64,000 nucleotides of DNA. It comes from Nitrospina sp. Its GTDB lineage: Bacteria; Nitrospinota; Nitrospinia; Nitrospinales; VA-1. The stretch is taken from NCBI GenBank assembly GCA_018702695.1, contig JABIYR010000177.1, forward strand, positions 17,415 through 81,414, read 5' to 3'. The notes under the pieces are model-generated. The model made no database searches. It saw nothing but the letters and a program-made list of their open reading frames with translations, and had not been told where the DNA came from. Shown piece after piece: positions 9,660-20,346 of the stretch (within the stretch, counting starts at the first letter, position 1; the number at the start of each line of letters is the position of its first letter). A program made the position numbers and the translations under genes.

Positions 9660-9693
9660 GGTTCCCGGTTTAACGCCGGGAACCTTTTTTTTT
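9660..9693 (+). terminator. Rho-independent terminator after the LRR gene
   Basis: GGTTCCCGG (9660-9668), loop tttaacg, CCGGGAACC (9676-9684), followed by nine T (9685-9693). Confidence 0.85.
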
Positions 9694-9765
9694 ATAAGGT
9701 TTTAATTTTGTCTTGGCCTAGGATAGGTTAATAATAAGACATCTATTTTTAAGCGAGTTTATATT

Positions 9766-10602
9766 ATGTTTACAGGTGAAAAACCGGATCTGCTCGATAT
9801 CTTGCTATTCCGCGATGACAGCATTTATGTGGTTGGCAAAGATGGCATTCCCCAGCATTGGGATGGGCAAGAATGGTTGCCCGTTCGTACCGAAAATGCC
9901 AACCCATTAATGGGCATATGGGGGCCGCATGAAAAATGCATTTATGCTGTAGGCATCGGCGGCGTTGTTCTTCATTATAACGGGAAAGAATGGAAACAGG
10001 TCGATACGGGCAGTTATGACTCGCTCAACTCAGCGTATGGCTTTGGCGAAGATCATGTTTTTCTTTATGGGGTCGGTGGCCGGATGATCTATTGGAATGG
10101 AGAAAAATGGGATTATCGTGAGCCGAACACCATTCATGACCTGTTTGGCATGTGGGGTGAGGACAGTGATCATATTCATGCTGTAGGCGGAGAAGGGATT
10201 TACCGGTATTACGATGGTAAAGAGTTTCATCGTCGAGAAGACCTGACCGATGAGGAGGTCTCTCTGTTTGGTATCTGGGGCACGAGTAATGAGAGCATGT
10301 ATATCTGCGGTTCACACGGTACGATTTTGCACAATGACGGAACCGATTGGAAACCCATGCAATCGGGCACAGAAGAATATCTTCTGAGCATATGGGGAAC
10401 GTCCGATGAAAATATTTTTGCCGTTGGGGATAATTCAGCCATGCTTCACTACGATGGCAAAAAATGGTCTCCCATCCAACCGATTAAAGAAGAATATTTT
10501 ACCAAAGTCAAAGGGTTGGGGCCAGAGCAGGTGTATGTAGTGGGCGAAAATGGCACGGTGATGAAGTTTGACGGCAAAACATGGAACGATATGTCTATAT
10601 GA
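9766..10602 (+). CDS. Seven-bladed beta-propeller repeat protein (BNR/Ycf48-like repeats), paralog 1
   Basis: 278 aa containing seven units of about 40 aa. Consensus: (L/F)..(I/V)(W/Y)G.s.d.(I/V)(Y/F)AVG..G.(I/M)L(H/K)YDG..W (e.g. LLSIWGTSDENIFAVGDNSAMLHYDGKKW). No signal peptide. Confidence 0.8.
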   Translation: MFTGEKPDLLDILLFRDDSIYVVGKDGIPQHWDGQEWLPVRTENANPLMGIWGPHEKCIYAVGIGGVVLHYNGKEWKQVDTGSYDSLNSAYGFGEDHVFLYGVGGRMIYWNGEKWDYREPNTIHDLFGMWGEDSDHIHAVGGEGIYRYYDGKEFHRREDLTDEEVSLFGIWGTSNESMYICGSHGTILHNDGTDWKPMQSGTEEYLLSIWGTSDENIFAVGDNSAMLHYDGKKWSPIQPIKEEYFTKVKGLGPEQVYVVGENGTVMKFDGKTWNDMSI

Positions 10603-10648
10603 GGGCTAAAAATTTTCTTGTAAACCGTAATAATCTTGAGGAACTACT

Positions 10649-11482
10649 ATGTCAGCCTTAACCTCCAGTCACCTGTTATCCATTTTCGGTTTTAACGAAA
10701 ACGATATTTTTGTCGGTGGTGCCGAAGGCACTTTATTGCATTACGATGGCAACCAGTGGACACGCATGGAAACAGGAGGACGCTGGACGTTCAAAGATAT
10801 TTGGGGCAGTGCGCCCGATGATGTCTATGCCGTGGTGACCGATGGCCGAATTTTGCATTATGATGGCAAGACATGGTCGCCCGATGAGGATATGGAAAAA
10901 CTTCCGCCTATGAATGGGATTTTCGGATTGGGCCCGGATGAAATCTACGCCTGCTCTAGACTCGGTAAAATTCTTCGCTATGATGGAAAATCCTGGAAAT
11001 ATACTCAAACCGGAACCGATACGGATGTGACCCGATTATGGGGTTGTAAAGAAAGTGGAATGTTGGCGGTGGGTTATGATGGTCTGGTTCTTAAGCAAGA
11101 TGGCGATAGCTGGACGCGAATGACCTTTAACTCCAATGCCGAGTTTTACGGTGTTTATGGCTTTGGTCCCGATCAAATTTATACTGTCGGGTCTGACGGA
11201 GCTATTTTCAAGTTCAACGGCGCTGAATTTACCGAAATGCCTTCTCAAACGATGGAGTTTATTCTCGATATCTGGGGCCCATCTTCTGAAATGGTGTTTG
11301 CTGTCGGTGATGAAGGAATGATTCTTTATCTGGATGGCGATCAATGGACTCGAATCGAGTCGAACACGCAAGAATTCCTCACCGGAATCTGGGGTAGTAG
11401 CGATGAAAATATCTATGCGGTCGGTGATAACGGGCTGATCTTAAACTGGAACGGTGAAGACTGGAAAGCCGTTGAAGGTTGA
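10649..11482 (+). CDS. Seven-bladed beta-propeller repeat protein, paralog 2
   Basis: 277 aa with the same seven-unit architecture (e.g. LTGIWGSSDENIYAVGDNGLILNWNGEDW). GAGGA RBS before the ATG at 10649. No signal peptide. Confidence 0.8.
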   Translation: MSALTSSHLLSIFGFNENDIFVGGAEGTLLHYDGNQWTRMETGGRWTFKDIWGSAPDDVYAVVTDGRILHYDGKTWSPDEDMEKLPPMNGIFGLGPDEIYACSRLGKILRYDGKSWKYTQTGTDTDVTRLWGCKESGMLAVGYDGLVLKQDGDSWTRMTFNSNAEFYGVYGFGPDQIYTVGSDGAIFKFNGAEFTEMPSQTMEFILDIWGPSSEMVFAVGDEGMILYLDGDQWTRIESNTQEFLTGIWGSSDENIYAVGDNGLILNWNGEDWKAVEG

Positions 11483-11657
11483 GGCCTTCGACCCCTTGAC
11501 ACCTCCTGCCTAAACTGCTTGACACCCCCTTTATCGTGGTGTTAAGGTCTTTTTTCTAAGTAATTGATATTAAATCTATTTTTCTTATACACCTGTATGC
11601 TAAGGCACAGGTTTTCTGTGCTTTCTAATTTTTGTCATCGCTAATTTTTACACTATT

Positions 11658-13148
11658 ATGTTCAGTCCCTCTTTAGAAGAATTCAAACAGAAAGCCAAAT
11701 CGGGAAATTTGATTCCTGTCTACAAAGAAATTCTGGCTGATCTCGACACTCCTGTGTCGGCTTATATGAAAATCAGCGATGGAGAATATTCTTTTCTCTT
11801 GGAAAGTATTGAGGGGGGCGAGAAGTGGGCGCGTTATTGTTTCCTCGGTTGTGACCCTTCCATTATAGTTAGCACTAAAGGTCTACATTTGACTTTAATT
11901 GAAAATGGAAAACGCGAAGAACGTGAAATTTCCTCCGGCAGCCCACTTTCAGCGGTCAAAGAAATTCTAGCACGCTATCAACCCGTTCCCTGTGCCGGGT
12001 TGCCGCGCTTTTCTGGTGGGGCCGTAGGCTTTGTCAGTTATGACATGGTGCGATTCTTTGAGGAGCTTCCTGAAGAAACGATTGATGACCTTGATGTTCC
12101 CGATTCACAATTTGTCATCACCGATACCATGTTGGTGTTCGATAATGTTTCGCAGACCATTAAAATCATATCGAATGCATTGATCGGTAATGATGACGAC
12201 CTTTCGCTTGTCTACGAAAAAACAAAACAAAAAATTTTAGCTCTGGAAGAAAAACTAAGAACCCCTCTTCAACGAGCTACTCGTACAGCGAGTAATGCGA
12301 CATCCTCGCTTAGTTTTGAATCGAATATGAGGGAAGAAGACCATAAGCAGGCGGTGAACAGAATCAAGGAATATATTTTAGAAGGAGATGCCATTCAGGT
12401 TGTGTTTTCCCAACGCTTGAAGTTTGACATCAGCCGAGATCCATTTGATATCTATCGGGCTCTGCGAACGATTAATCCTTCTCCCTATATGTATTACCTG
12501 AAGTTTGGTGAGCTTCAAGTGGTCGGTTCATCTCCAGAAGTGCTGGTTCGATTGGAGGATGACCAAGTGGAAGTTCGTCCTATAGCTGGAACTCGCAAAC
12601 GAGGACAAAATGAAGAAGAAGATCTGATGCTGGAGAAGGATTTGTTAGCGGATGATAAAGAGTTAGCTGAGCATATCATGCTGGTTGACCTAGGCAGGAA
12701 TGATATCGGAAGGGTGGCTGAAATTAATTCTGTGGAAGTGAATGAGAGTTTTACCATTGAGCGATATTCCCATGTCATGCATATTGTTTCGAATGTGCGG
12801 GGAATCTTGAAAAAAGGCTTGGACTGCTTTGATGTGCTGGCAGCGGCGTTCCCCGCCGGAACTCTTTCCGGGGCTCCCAAAATAAGGGCTATGGAAATCA
12901 TTGATGAGTTGGAACCGACCCGGCGCGGGCTATATGGCGGTGCAGTGGGCTATATCAGTTTTAATGGCAATATGGACACTGCTATCGCTATAAGGACTTT
13001 GCTGATTAAAGGAAATAAGGCTTACCTTGGAGTGGGCGGAGGGATTGTTGCTGACTCGGTACCAAAAAGTGAATTTGAAGAGACGATGAACAAAGGGAGA
13101 GCTTTGTTGAAGGCTATAGAAATGGCTGAAAAGGGGTGGGTGGTATGA
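11658..13148 (+). CDS. trpE: Anthranilate synthase component I
   Basis: 496 aa with motifs [22 protein letters not shown] and [15 protein letters not shown]. First gene of the trp operon. Confidence 0.95.
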   Translation: MFSPSLEEFKQKAKSGNLIPVYKEILADLDTPVSAYMKISDGEYSFLLESIEGGEKWARYCFLGCDPSIIVSTKGLHLTLIENGKREEREISSGSPLSAVKEILARYQPVPCAGLPRFSGGAVGFVSYDMVRFFEELPEETIDDLDVPDSQFVITDTMLVFDNVSQTIKIISNALIGNDDDLSLVYEKTKQKILALEEKLRTPLQRATRTASNATSSLSFESNMREEDHKQAVNRIKEYILEGDAIQVVFSQRLKFDISRDPFDIYRALRTINPSPYMYYLKFGELQVVGSSPEVLVRLEDDQVEVRPIAGTRKRGQNEEEDLMLEKDLLADDKELAEHIMLVDLGRNDIGRVAEINSVEVNESFTIERYSHVMHIVSNVRGILKKGLDCFDVLAAAFPAGTLSGAPKIRAMEIIDELEPTRRGLYGGAVGYISFNGNMDTAIAIRTLLIKGNKAYLGVGGGIVADSVPKSEFEETMNKGRALLKAIEMAEKGWVV

Positions 13149-13717
13149 TTTTGATGATCGATAATTACGATTCGTTCACCTACAATCTGGTGCAATACAT
13201 GGGTGAGTTGGGTGCTGAAATTCGTGTGGATCGTAATGATCAAATAACGGTGGCAGAAATCGAGGCGTTGAAGCCTGAAAAGATAGTGATTTCCCCCGGC
13301 CCCTGCACTCCGACACAAGCGGGGGTATCGGTGGCGGTGATCAAACATTTTGCTGGCAAAATTCCCATTCTCGGTGTTTGTCTGGGGCACCAGTCTGTAG
13401 GTGTGGCGTTTGGCGGAGAAATTGTCAAGGCCGGTCGCTTGATGCATGGTAAGACTTCTATGATTTCGCATGATGGAAAAAATTTATTCAAAGATCTTCC
13501 CAATCCGTTTCAGGCGACGCGTTATCATTCATTAGTTTTGAATCGCAAAAACTTACCCGACTGTTTTGAAGTTACGGCCCAGAGTGATGACAACGAAATC
13601 ATGGGCATCCGCCATAAAGAACTTGCCATAGAAGGGGTGCAATTTCATCCTGAATCGATTTTGACAACATGTGGTAAAGAGTTGCTGGGGAATTTCATTA
13701 AAGGTCATCACGCATGA
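13145..13717 (+). CDS. trpG: Anthranilate synthase component II (glutamine amidotransferase)
   Basis: Starts [18 protein letters not shown], with catalytic GVCLGHQ and the HPES motif. The ATG at 13145 overlaps the trpE TGA (ATGA); the track start at 13136 is a GTG. Confidence 0.95.
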   Translation: MILMIDNYDSFTYNLVQYMGELGAEIRVDRNDQITVAEIEALKPEKIVISPGPCTPTQAGVSVAVIKHFAGKIPILGVCLGHQSVGVAFGGEIVKAGRLMHGKTSMISHDGKNLFKDLPNPFQATRYHSLVLNRKNLPDCFEVTAQSDDNEIMGIRHKELAIEGVQFHPESILTTCGKELLGNFIKGHHA

Positions 13718-14727
13718 CTTTTCAGGCAACCTTGCATTCGGTAGTGAGTGGCAATGATTTGAGCGAAGATGAAATGCTTTCAGCCATGACATCCATCATG
13801 GACGGAAATGTTATGGACGCGCAACTGGCCGCATTTTTGACCGCACTGCATATCAAAGGCGAAACAGTCGCTGAAATAAAAGGTGCGGCTCTAGTGATGC
13901 GCGCCAAAGCAGAAAAACTCGATATTCAGGTTACACCGTTGGTAGATACCTGTGGTACAGGGGGGGACGGTGCTGATACGTTTAACATCTCTACTGCTAG
14001 CGCGTTGGTCACAGCCGGGGCCGGGGTAAATGTTGCCAAACATGGCAACCGAGCTGTATCGAGTCGATCTGGCAGTGCCGATGTTCTGAAATGTATGGGA
14101 GTGAATTTGGATGCGGAGATTTCTGTCGTAAAACGTTGCGTTGAAGAAGCGGGCATTGGTTTTTTATTCGCCCCTATGATGCATAAAGCAATGAAACACG
14201 CCGCCACCGTGCGCAAGCAATTGGGTTTTCGCACTATCTTTAATGTGTTGGGGCCGTTGACCAACCCAGCTAACGCAGAAAGTCAGGTGTTGGGCGTTTT
14301 TGCCAGTAAGTGGGTGCAACCTCTGGCCGAAGTACTTAAAGGTCTGGGCTGTAATCATGCGATGGTGGTGCATGGTTCAGACGGTCTGGATGAAATCACC
14401 TTGACGGGTAAAAGCCAAATTTCAGAGTTGAAAAATGACGTTATCTCGAATTTTGTTTTTGATCCAGAGAAACTGGGTTTTAAATATTGCACGGTGCAGG
14501 ATCTTAAAGGCGGAACGCCGGAAGAAAATGCGGCGATGATTCAAGAAATATTGAACGGTGCAAGAGGGCCAAGAAGAGATATTGTTGTGTTAAATTCTGC
14601 CGCCGCGATTTATGTCGCCGGAAAAGCGGACTCGTTAGAAATGGGCATCCAATATGCGGTGAATTCCATTGAGTCGGGTAAAGCGCGGGAAAAACTTGAA
14701 GATTTATGTCGAATCACTCATTCCTGA
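13714..14727 (+). CDS. trpD: Anthranilate phosphoribosyltransferase
   Basis: 337 aa with DTCGTGGDG and [11 protein letters not shown] motifs. ATGA overlap with trpG. Confidence 0.95.
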   Translation: MTFQATLHSVVSGNDLSEDEMLSAMTSIMDGNVMDAQLAAFLTALHIKGETVAEIKGAALVMRAKAEKLDIQVTPLVDTCGTGGDGADTFNISTASALVTAGAGVNVAKHGNRAVSSRSGSADVLKCMGVNLDAEISVVKRCVEEAGIGFLFAPMMHKAMKHAATVRKQLGFRTIFNVLGPLTNPANAESQVLGVFASKWVQPLAEVLKGLGCNHAMVVHGSDGLDEITLTGKSQISELKNDVISNFVFDPEKLGFKYCTVQDLKGGTPEENAAMIQEILNGARGPRRDIVVLNSAAAIYVAGKADSLEMGIQYAVNSIESGKAREKLEDLCRITHS

Positions 14728-14729
14728 AA

Positions 14730-15545
14730 ATGTCGAATATACTAGATAAAATTTTTGTAGATAAACAGAAGGAACTGCAAGGCACCAAACGCGAGCATCC
14801 TTTGTCAGAGCTGAAGCAACGTATTGGCAATCAAGCACCAGTGCGCAATGTTTTCACGGCTTTAAATGCTAACAAACATTCAAATATCATTGCGGAAATT
14901 AAGCAACGCACCCCCTTTAAGGGCGAACTGCGCGAAAATTTCAATGCTCAGGAAATTGCCGGAGAGTATGTGAAAAATGGTGCGGTCACACTTTCTATTT
15001 TGACCGAGAGTAATTATTTTGGCAGTAATATAGGCATTCTGGAGGAAGTGCGACCCATCGCGCCCATTCCATTATTGCGTAAAGATTTTATCAGTGATGA
15101 CTATCAGGTTTATGAATCGAGAGCGTATGGGGCAGACCTGTTTTTGTTGATCGCCACTTGGCTGGAGCAAAGCCAATTGACTGACTTGTTGCTTTTGGGG
15201 CAAGAGTTAGGAATGCCCGCGCTGGTAGAAACTCATAACGAATGGGATATGGAAAAAGCCTTTGAAGCCAAAGCGAAGTTGATAGGGGTTAATAATCGCG
15301 ATTTAACCAATGGCAAAACCGATTTAGATATATCCAGACGCTTGATCCCCATGGCATTGCAAGAGCCAGATGTCACGCTTGTCTGCGAAAGCGGCATTCG
15401 CGGCAGAGAAGAAATAAGCGAATTTGAACAGTTGGGCGCGAAAGCTTTTTTAATTGGCGAGAGTTTAATGACTTCTGAAAATATACCCGAAACACTAAAA
15501 GGCTTTTTAGGTAATGGTGATAAGCAAACCTCAAGTCAGAGTTAA
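14730..15545 (+). CDS. trpC: Indole-3-glycerol phosphate synthase
   Basis: IIAEIKQRTPFKG, LRKDFI and GVNNRDL motifs. The ATG at 14730 lies just after the trpD stop; the track's alternative ATG at 14706 would overlap trpD. Confidence 0.93.
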   Translation: MSNILDKIFVDKQKELQGTKREHPLSELKQRIGNQAPVRNVFTALNANKHSNIIAEIKQRTPFKGELRENFNAQEIAGEYVKNGAVTLSILTESNYFGSNIGILEEVRPIAPIPLLRKDFISDDYQVYESRAYGADLFLLIATWLEQSQLTDLLLLGQELGMPALVETHNEWDMEKAFEAKAKLIGVNNRDLTNGKTDLDISRRLIPMALQEPDVTLVCESGIRGREEISEFEQLGAKAFLIGESLMTSENIPETLKGFLGNGDKQTSSQS

Positions 15546-16152
15546 AATTTGCGGCATGACGCAATTGCAAGACGTGATGCTTGCCGTCGAACAGGGGGCG
15601 GATGCGGTGGGTTTTATTTTCTATAGTAAAAGCCCGCGTTCAGTTACCATGAAAGAAGCTCGTGACATGATTGCGCAACTGCCCCCCTTTGTTGAAACGG
15701 TGGGTGTTTTTGTTGATGAAACGGCGGACAAGGTCAATAAAATTGCTGAAAGCTGTGGCCTAGACTTGGTGCAATTGCATGGCGACGAATCGCCGACCTA
15801 TTGCCGAAAAATACGCCGTCGGGTTATCAAGGCGTTTCGCGTGAAAGACCTGCAATCGATTAAATTGTTGGAAAAATATCCGGTCAGTGGTTTTCTTTTG
15901 GATACATTTTCTGAAGAGGCACATGGTGGTACAGGAAAAGTTTTTGATTGGAACCTAGTTCATCCGGCAAAAAAAATAGGGCCGGTGATTTTGGCAGGCG
16001 GGTTGACACCGCGCAATATTCGTCAGGCCATCAACCAAGTACGGCCTTATGGTGTCGATGTCTGTTCCGGGGTAGAAAAAGAACCGGGAATCAAAGACCC
16101 TGATAAGGTGAGGGATTTTCTAAAAAATATCAGATCTGGGAGCAAACTATGA
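15514..16152 (+). CDS. trpF: Phosphoribosylanthranilate isomerase
   Basis: 212 aa with VKICGMT and LVQLHGDES motifs. Operon position between trpC and trpB. Confidence 0.9.
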   Translation: MVISKPQVRVKICGMTQLQDVMLAVEQGADAVGFIFYSKSPRSVTMKEARDMIAQLPPFVETVGVFVDETADKVNKIAESCGLDLVQLHGDESPTYCRKIRRRVIKAFRVKDLQSIKLLEKYPVSGFLLDTFSEEAHGGTGKVFDWNLVHPAKKIGPVILAGGLTPRNIRQAINQVRPYGVDVCSGVEKEPGIKDPDKVRDFLKNIRSGSKL

Positions 16153-17348
16153 AGTCAGACAAACTGCCTGATGAGGGCGGGCATTACGGACAATTTGGGG
16201 GCAAGTACGTCATCGAGACCCTGATGCCTGCGCTAGAGCAGTTGGAGCGTGTGTATGAGGAGGCTAAAAATGATCCTCAATTCCACAAAGACCTGCAATA
16301 TTACCTGCAACATTATGTGGGCCGCCCGACAGCGCTTTATCATGCACAGCGTCTCACGGAACATCTGGGTGGTGCGAAGATTTATTTGAAACGCGAAGAC
16401 CTGACTCATACCGGAGCGCATAAAATCAATAACACCATCGGCAGTGCCTTATTGGCTTTGAGGATGGGGAAAAAACGGGTCATTGCAGAAACTGGAGCCG
16501 GACAACATGGCGTGGCAACAGCGACCGCCGCCTCGTTATTTGGTTTGGAGTGTGATGTGTTCATGGGTGAAGACGACATGCGCAGGCAGGCACTCAATGT
16601 TTTTCGCATGCGGCTTTTGGGCGCAAATGTCATCCCCGTAACCGCCGGAACGCGGACGCTTAAAGATGCCACCAGCGAGGCCATCCGCAATTGGATCACC
16701 ACCGTTGAAAGCACGCATTATATTATTGGTTCGGTGGTGGGGCCGCACCCTTACCCTATGATCGTGCGCGATTTTCAAAAGGTGATAGGCGAAGAGTCGA
16801 CCGAACAGATTATGGAAATGGAAGGCCGATTGCCCAATGCTTGTGTGGCTTGTGTGGGTGGCGGCAGTAACTCTATGGGACTGTTTCATCCCTTTATAGA
16901 TAAAAAAGACGTTCGCTTGATTGGTGTTGAAGCGGCGGGTTTGGGCGTGGATACCGATAAACACGGCGCATCGCTGACTAAAGGCTCGCCGGGTGTTTTG
17001 CATGGCATGATGAGCTATCTTCTGCATGATGAGGATGGTCAGGTGACCGAAGCGCATTCGATTTCAGCCGGTCTCGATTATCCCGGCGTGGGCTGTGAGC
17101 ATAGCCACCTTAAAGAAACAGGGCGGGCGCAATATGTATCGATCACCGATGATGAAGCGATGGAGGGTTTTAAACTGCTGGCTAAGCTGGAAGGGATCAT
17201 CCCCGCTTTAGAATCTTCGCACGCCATTGCGCATGTTATGAAAATGGCACCGACAATGAAAAAAGATGAAATTATTTTGGTTTGTCTTTCAGGCCGAGGC
17301 GATAAAGACGTTAATCAGGTAGCAGATAGACTGGGAGTTACGTTGTGA
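16149..17348 (+). CDS. trpB: Tryptophan synthase beta chain
   Basis: 399 aa with the PLP-lysine motif [11 protein letters not shown], plus [12 protein letters not shown] overlap with trpF. Confidence 0.97.
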   Translation: MKSDKLPDEGGHYGQFGGKYVIETLMPALEQLERVYEEAKNDPQFHKDLQYYLQHYVGRPTALYHAQRLTEHLGGAKIYLKREDLTHTGAHKINNTIGSALLALRMGKKRVIAETGAGQHGVATATAASLFGLECDVFMGEDDMRRQALNVFRMRLLGANVIPVTAGTRTLKDATSEAIRNWITTVESTHYIIGSVVGPHPYPMIVRDFQKVIGEESTEQIMEMEGRLPNACVACVGGGSNSMGLFHPFIDKKDVRLIGVEAAGLGVDTDKHGASLTKGSPGVLHGMMSYLLHDEDGQVTEAHSISAGLDYPGVGCEHSHLKETGRAQYVSITDDEAMEGFKLLAKLEGIIPALESSHAIAHVMKMAPTMKKDEIILVCLSGRGDKDVNQVADRLGVTL

Positions 17349-18142
17349 GTCGGATAGAAGAAAGATTCAAAAAGTTAAACGGCAATAAGGCGTTGGTGGC
17401 CTTTTTCACCGCCGGAGACCCGGATATGTCCGCGTCAGAAGAAATTTTTTCGGTAATCGAAGAAAACGGTGCCGATATTATTGAGATCGGGGTTCCCTTT
17501 TCAGACCCGCTTGCCGATGGCCCGGTCATTCAGGCGGCTTCGCATCGCTCTCTACAAAATGGCACCACCCTGAAGAAAATCATCGAGCTTGTCGTTGCCA
17601 TTCGAAGTCAATCGCAGTTGCCCATCGTTCTCATGAGCAGTTTCAATCCGGTGTTTGTATATGGTTTGCAGGCTTTTGTTGACGATGCCGTCAAGGCAGG
17701 GGTGGATGGAGTCATTTTACCAGACCTACCGCCAGAGGAAGCCAAAGAGTTTTTGGGTTATGCCAATGCAAAAGGTTTGGATATGATTTTCCTTTTGGCT
17801 CCGACCAGCACGCCTGAGCGAATCGAGTTGATCGATCAAGTCAGTAAAGGGTTTATTTATTATGTTTCGCTCACTGGCACAACGGGCACGAAAACCGAAT
17901 TGTCTAAAAACCTGCAAGAAAAAGTAAGCGCTATTAAAAATAAAGTCAAACTTCCCGTATTGGTCGGGTTTGGTATTTCAGGGCCAGAACAAGCCAAGGA
18001 AGCGGCTGAGTGTTCCGATGGCGTGATCATTGGCAGTGCTATCGTCAAATTGATCGAGACTTACCCAGACCCGAAAGAGCGCAAGCAAAAGATCGCCGAC
18101 TTTATATCAGGCATTAAGAATAGTCTCTGCAAAAGCTCCTGA
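17345..18142 (+). CDS. trpA: Tryptophan synthase alpha chain
   Basis: 265 aa with the [17 protein letters not shown] motif. GTG start overlapping the trpB TGA. Confidence 0.95.
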   Translation: MSRIEERFKKLNGNKALVAFFTAGDPDMSASEEIFSVIEENGADIIEIGVPFSDPLADGPVIQAASHRSLQNGTTLKKIIELVVAIRSQSQLPIVLMSSFNPVFVYGLQAFVDDAVKAGVDGVILPDLPPEEAKEFLGYANAKGLDMIFLLAPTSTPERIELIDQVSKGFIYYVSLTGTTGTKTELSKNLQEKVSAIKNKVKLPVLVGFGISGPEQAKEAAECSDGVIIGSAIVKLIETYPDPKERKQKIADFISGIKNSLCKSS

Positions 18143-18155
18143 TAGGGGAGCCTGA

Positions 18156-18839
18156 ATGTCCTTCCGCATTTCCGTCATCATTCCGGCATTCAATGAAGAA
18201 GGCTCCATCGGCCATGTTCTCTCTGCCCTGCCAAAAGAATTAATTCATGAAGTCATCGTTGTCGATAATAACTCCACCGACAAAACCGCCGAGGTAGCGC
18301 GCGCAAACGGCGCACGAGTGGTGGCAGAAACAAGAAAAGGCTATGGCTCAGCTTGTTTGAAAGGCATCGCCGAGTTAGACAACCCAGATATCGTCGTCTT
18401 TCTCGATGGTGATTTCAGCGATTATCCCGAAGAAATTGTCAAACTGCTCGCCCCCATTGAGGCGGGCAAAATGGATTTTGTATTGGGCAGTCGCATGATA
18501 TTGCCGCAAAGCCGTTTGGCCCTCTTACCGCAATCACGTTATGGCAACCAATTGGCGGTATTATTAATGCGCCTATTTTTTCGCCATCGCTATACAGACC
18601 TAGGGCCGTTCCGCGCCATCCGTTATGACTCGCTCAAAGAAATCGCCATGCAAGACACCAATTTTGGCTGGACAGTAGAAATGCAAATCAAAGCGGTTAA
18701 AAAAGGCCTGCGCATTCTAGAAATCCCCGTGCAATACCGCGAAAGAATCGGCGTCTCCAAAATTACCGGCACTGTCTCAGGCACTTTCAAAGCGGGTACA
18801 AAAATCATTGTTACCATTTTTAGGTATCTGTTGAACTGA
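18156..18839 (+). CDS. Family 2 glycosyltransferase
   Basis: 227 aa with VIIPAFNEEGSI, VVDNNSTDKT and FLDGDFSD (DxD). Starts 13 nt after trpA. Confidence 0.85.
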   Translation: MSFRISVIIPAFNEEGSIGHVLSALPKELIHEVIVVDNNSTDKTAEVARANGARVVAETRKGYGSACLKGIAELDNPDIVVFLDGDFSDYPEEIVKLLAPIEAGKMDFVLGSRMILPQSRLALLPQSRYGNQLAVLLMRLFFRHRYTDLGPFRAIRYDSLKEIAMQDTNFGWTVEMQIKAVKKGLRILEIPVQYRERIGVSKITGTVSGTFKAGTKIIVTIFRYLLN

Positions 18840-18842
18840 TCT

Positions 18843-19742
18843 ATGGTGGAACAAAAAAAACATATACTTCAGCGTCAAAATGCTTTGGTTATTTACAACC
18901 CAACGGCTGGGTCGAGGGCCAAAATTATATCGCCAACCCTTCAAAGTCTTACCCTGCTGGGTATGAACTTGGATATTCAGGAAACCCAGAGTGCTGGTCA
19001 CGCCAAAACCTTATGCCAAGAGGCAATCAAAAATGGTTCCTATGATTGCATTATTGCGGCGGGAGGCGATGGCACAATCAATCAGGTGGCCAATAATCTA
19101 ATTGGAACAGATATTCCCTTAGGAATCATTCCCACTGGCACGGCCAATGTGCTGGCCTCTGAAATAAGTCTTTCTTCCAAGCCAGAGTTGATCGCACATA
19201 CAATTGCATTTGGAAGAGTGAAACCAATTTTTTGTGGGGATTTAAATGGTCGAGCTTTTTTATTGATGGTCAGCGTGGGTTTTGATTCTAAAATCGTTGC
19301 TAAAGTTTCTAAGAACTTGAAAAATATTTTTGGCAAGGGAGCCTATGTTCTGTTGGCACTTAAACATTTATTTACCGAAACAGCCACCCCGTTACAAGTT
19401 ACCGTTGATGGAGAGAAAAATATCGCCACATGGGCCATCGTTTCTAAAGGCGTCTATTATGCGGGAAAATATAAATTAGCTCCAGAAGCAGATTTGAGCC
19501 GAAAGGAATTAGTCGTTACTCTTTTCGAGTGTGAAAGTATGTATGAAACCATCCGCTGCCTATTTTCTATCGGGTTTGGTCAGGGAGATTTCAAAGGGAG
19601 AGCCAAGGTTTTGCGAGGGACTAGTGTTTTAATAGAAGGCGATGGCAACGAACCTGTTCAACTTGATGGAGACTATGTTGGAACTCTTCCCGTATCAGTT
19701 TCTGTTTTTCAAGAGCCTTTGAATTTGATAGTTCCAAATTAA
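18843..19742 (+). CDS. Diacylglycerol-kinase-family lipid kinase (YegS/BmrU-like)
   Basis: 299 aa with the AAGGDGTINQVAN and IPTGTANVLA motifs. Confidence 0.85.
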   Translation: MVEQKKHILQRQNALVIYNPTAGSRAKIISPTLQSLTLLGMNLDIQETQSAGHAKTLCQEAIKNGSYDCIIAAGGDGTINQVANNLIGTDIPLGIIPTGTANVLASEISLSSKPELIAHTIAFGRVKPIFCGDLNGRAFLLMVSVGFDSKIVAKVSKNLKNIFGKGAYVLLALKHLFTETATPLQVTVDGEKNIATWAIVSKGVYYAGKYKLAPEADLSRKELVVTLFECESMYETIRCLFSIGFGQGDFKGRAKVLRGTSVLIEGDGNEPVQLDGDYVGTLPVSVSVFQEPLNLIVPN

Positions 19743-19809
19743 TAAAGAATTCAACTTCAATAAATTGATCACAATCCTCTCACCGATTCTTTGAAAAAGA
19801 AGGTAACAA

Positions 19810-20346
19810 ATGAATTTTGGATTATATGAATCAAGTTGTGCTCTTGACGTAAAAAAGCTTTTCACGGATGTATTTACAAACTCTGAAGGTGAAGAAGAAG
19901 GTAACCTTATTGGTAATCTAGCTTTTGAGTTACAAGAAACCACAGACCCCAGGGACATATTTGGTTTCCTCGCCAAAGACGGAGAAATTATAGCTGGTTG
20001 TATATTTTTTACCCGTATGACATTCGAGATTTCAATTAGTGCATTTATACTATCTCCAGTTGCAATTTCGACACAATATCAGAATCAGGGATTAGGGCAG
20101 AAGCTAATTAAGTTTGGAATTAATCAGATGAAAAATAATGATGTAGATCTTATTTTTACCTATGGTGACCCCCATTATTATTCAAAAGTAGGTTTCATAC
20201 ATATTACTGAAGAAATTGCAAAAGCACCTTTAAAGATGACTTTTCCAGAAGGGTGGCTGGCCCAGTCTCTTACTAGCGATAAAATTGAACCAATAAAAGG
20301 TAATTCAACTTGCGTCAAGGCACTGATGAAGCAGAAATATTGGTAA
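19810..20346 (+). CDS. GNAT family N-acetyltransferase
   Basis: 178 aa with the acetyl-CoA loop YQNQGLGQKLI. Confidence 0.75.
   Translation: MNFGLYESSCALDVKKLFTDVFTNSEGEEEGNLIGNLAFELQETTDPRDIFGFLAKDGEIIAGCIFFTRMTFEISISAFILSPVAISTQYQNQGLGQKLIKFGINQMKNNDVDLIFTYGDPHYYSKVGFIHITEEIAKAPLKMTFPEGWLAQSLTSDKIEPIKGNSTCVKALMKQKYW

Noticed and set aside
11483-11657. Classical trp attenuator with a leader peptide
   Set aside because: There is no small ORF with tandem Trp codons, and only one weak hairpin is present.
13022-13471. 149-aa ORF antisense across the trpE/trpG junction
   Set aside because: It overlaps two well-supported genes and has no motifs, so it is a typical shadow ORF.
16536-17057. 173-aa ORF antisense to trpB
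   Set aside because: trpB on the plus strand carries unmistakable motifs. The antisense product is His/Arg-rich with no recognisable domain.
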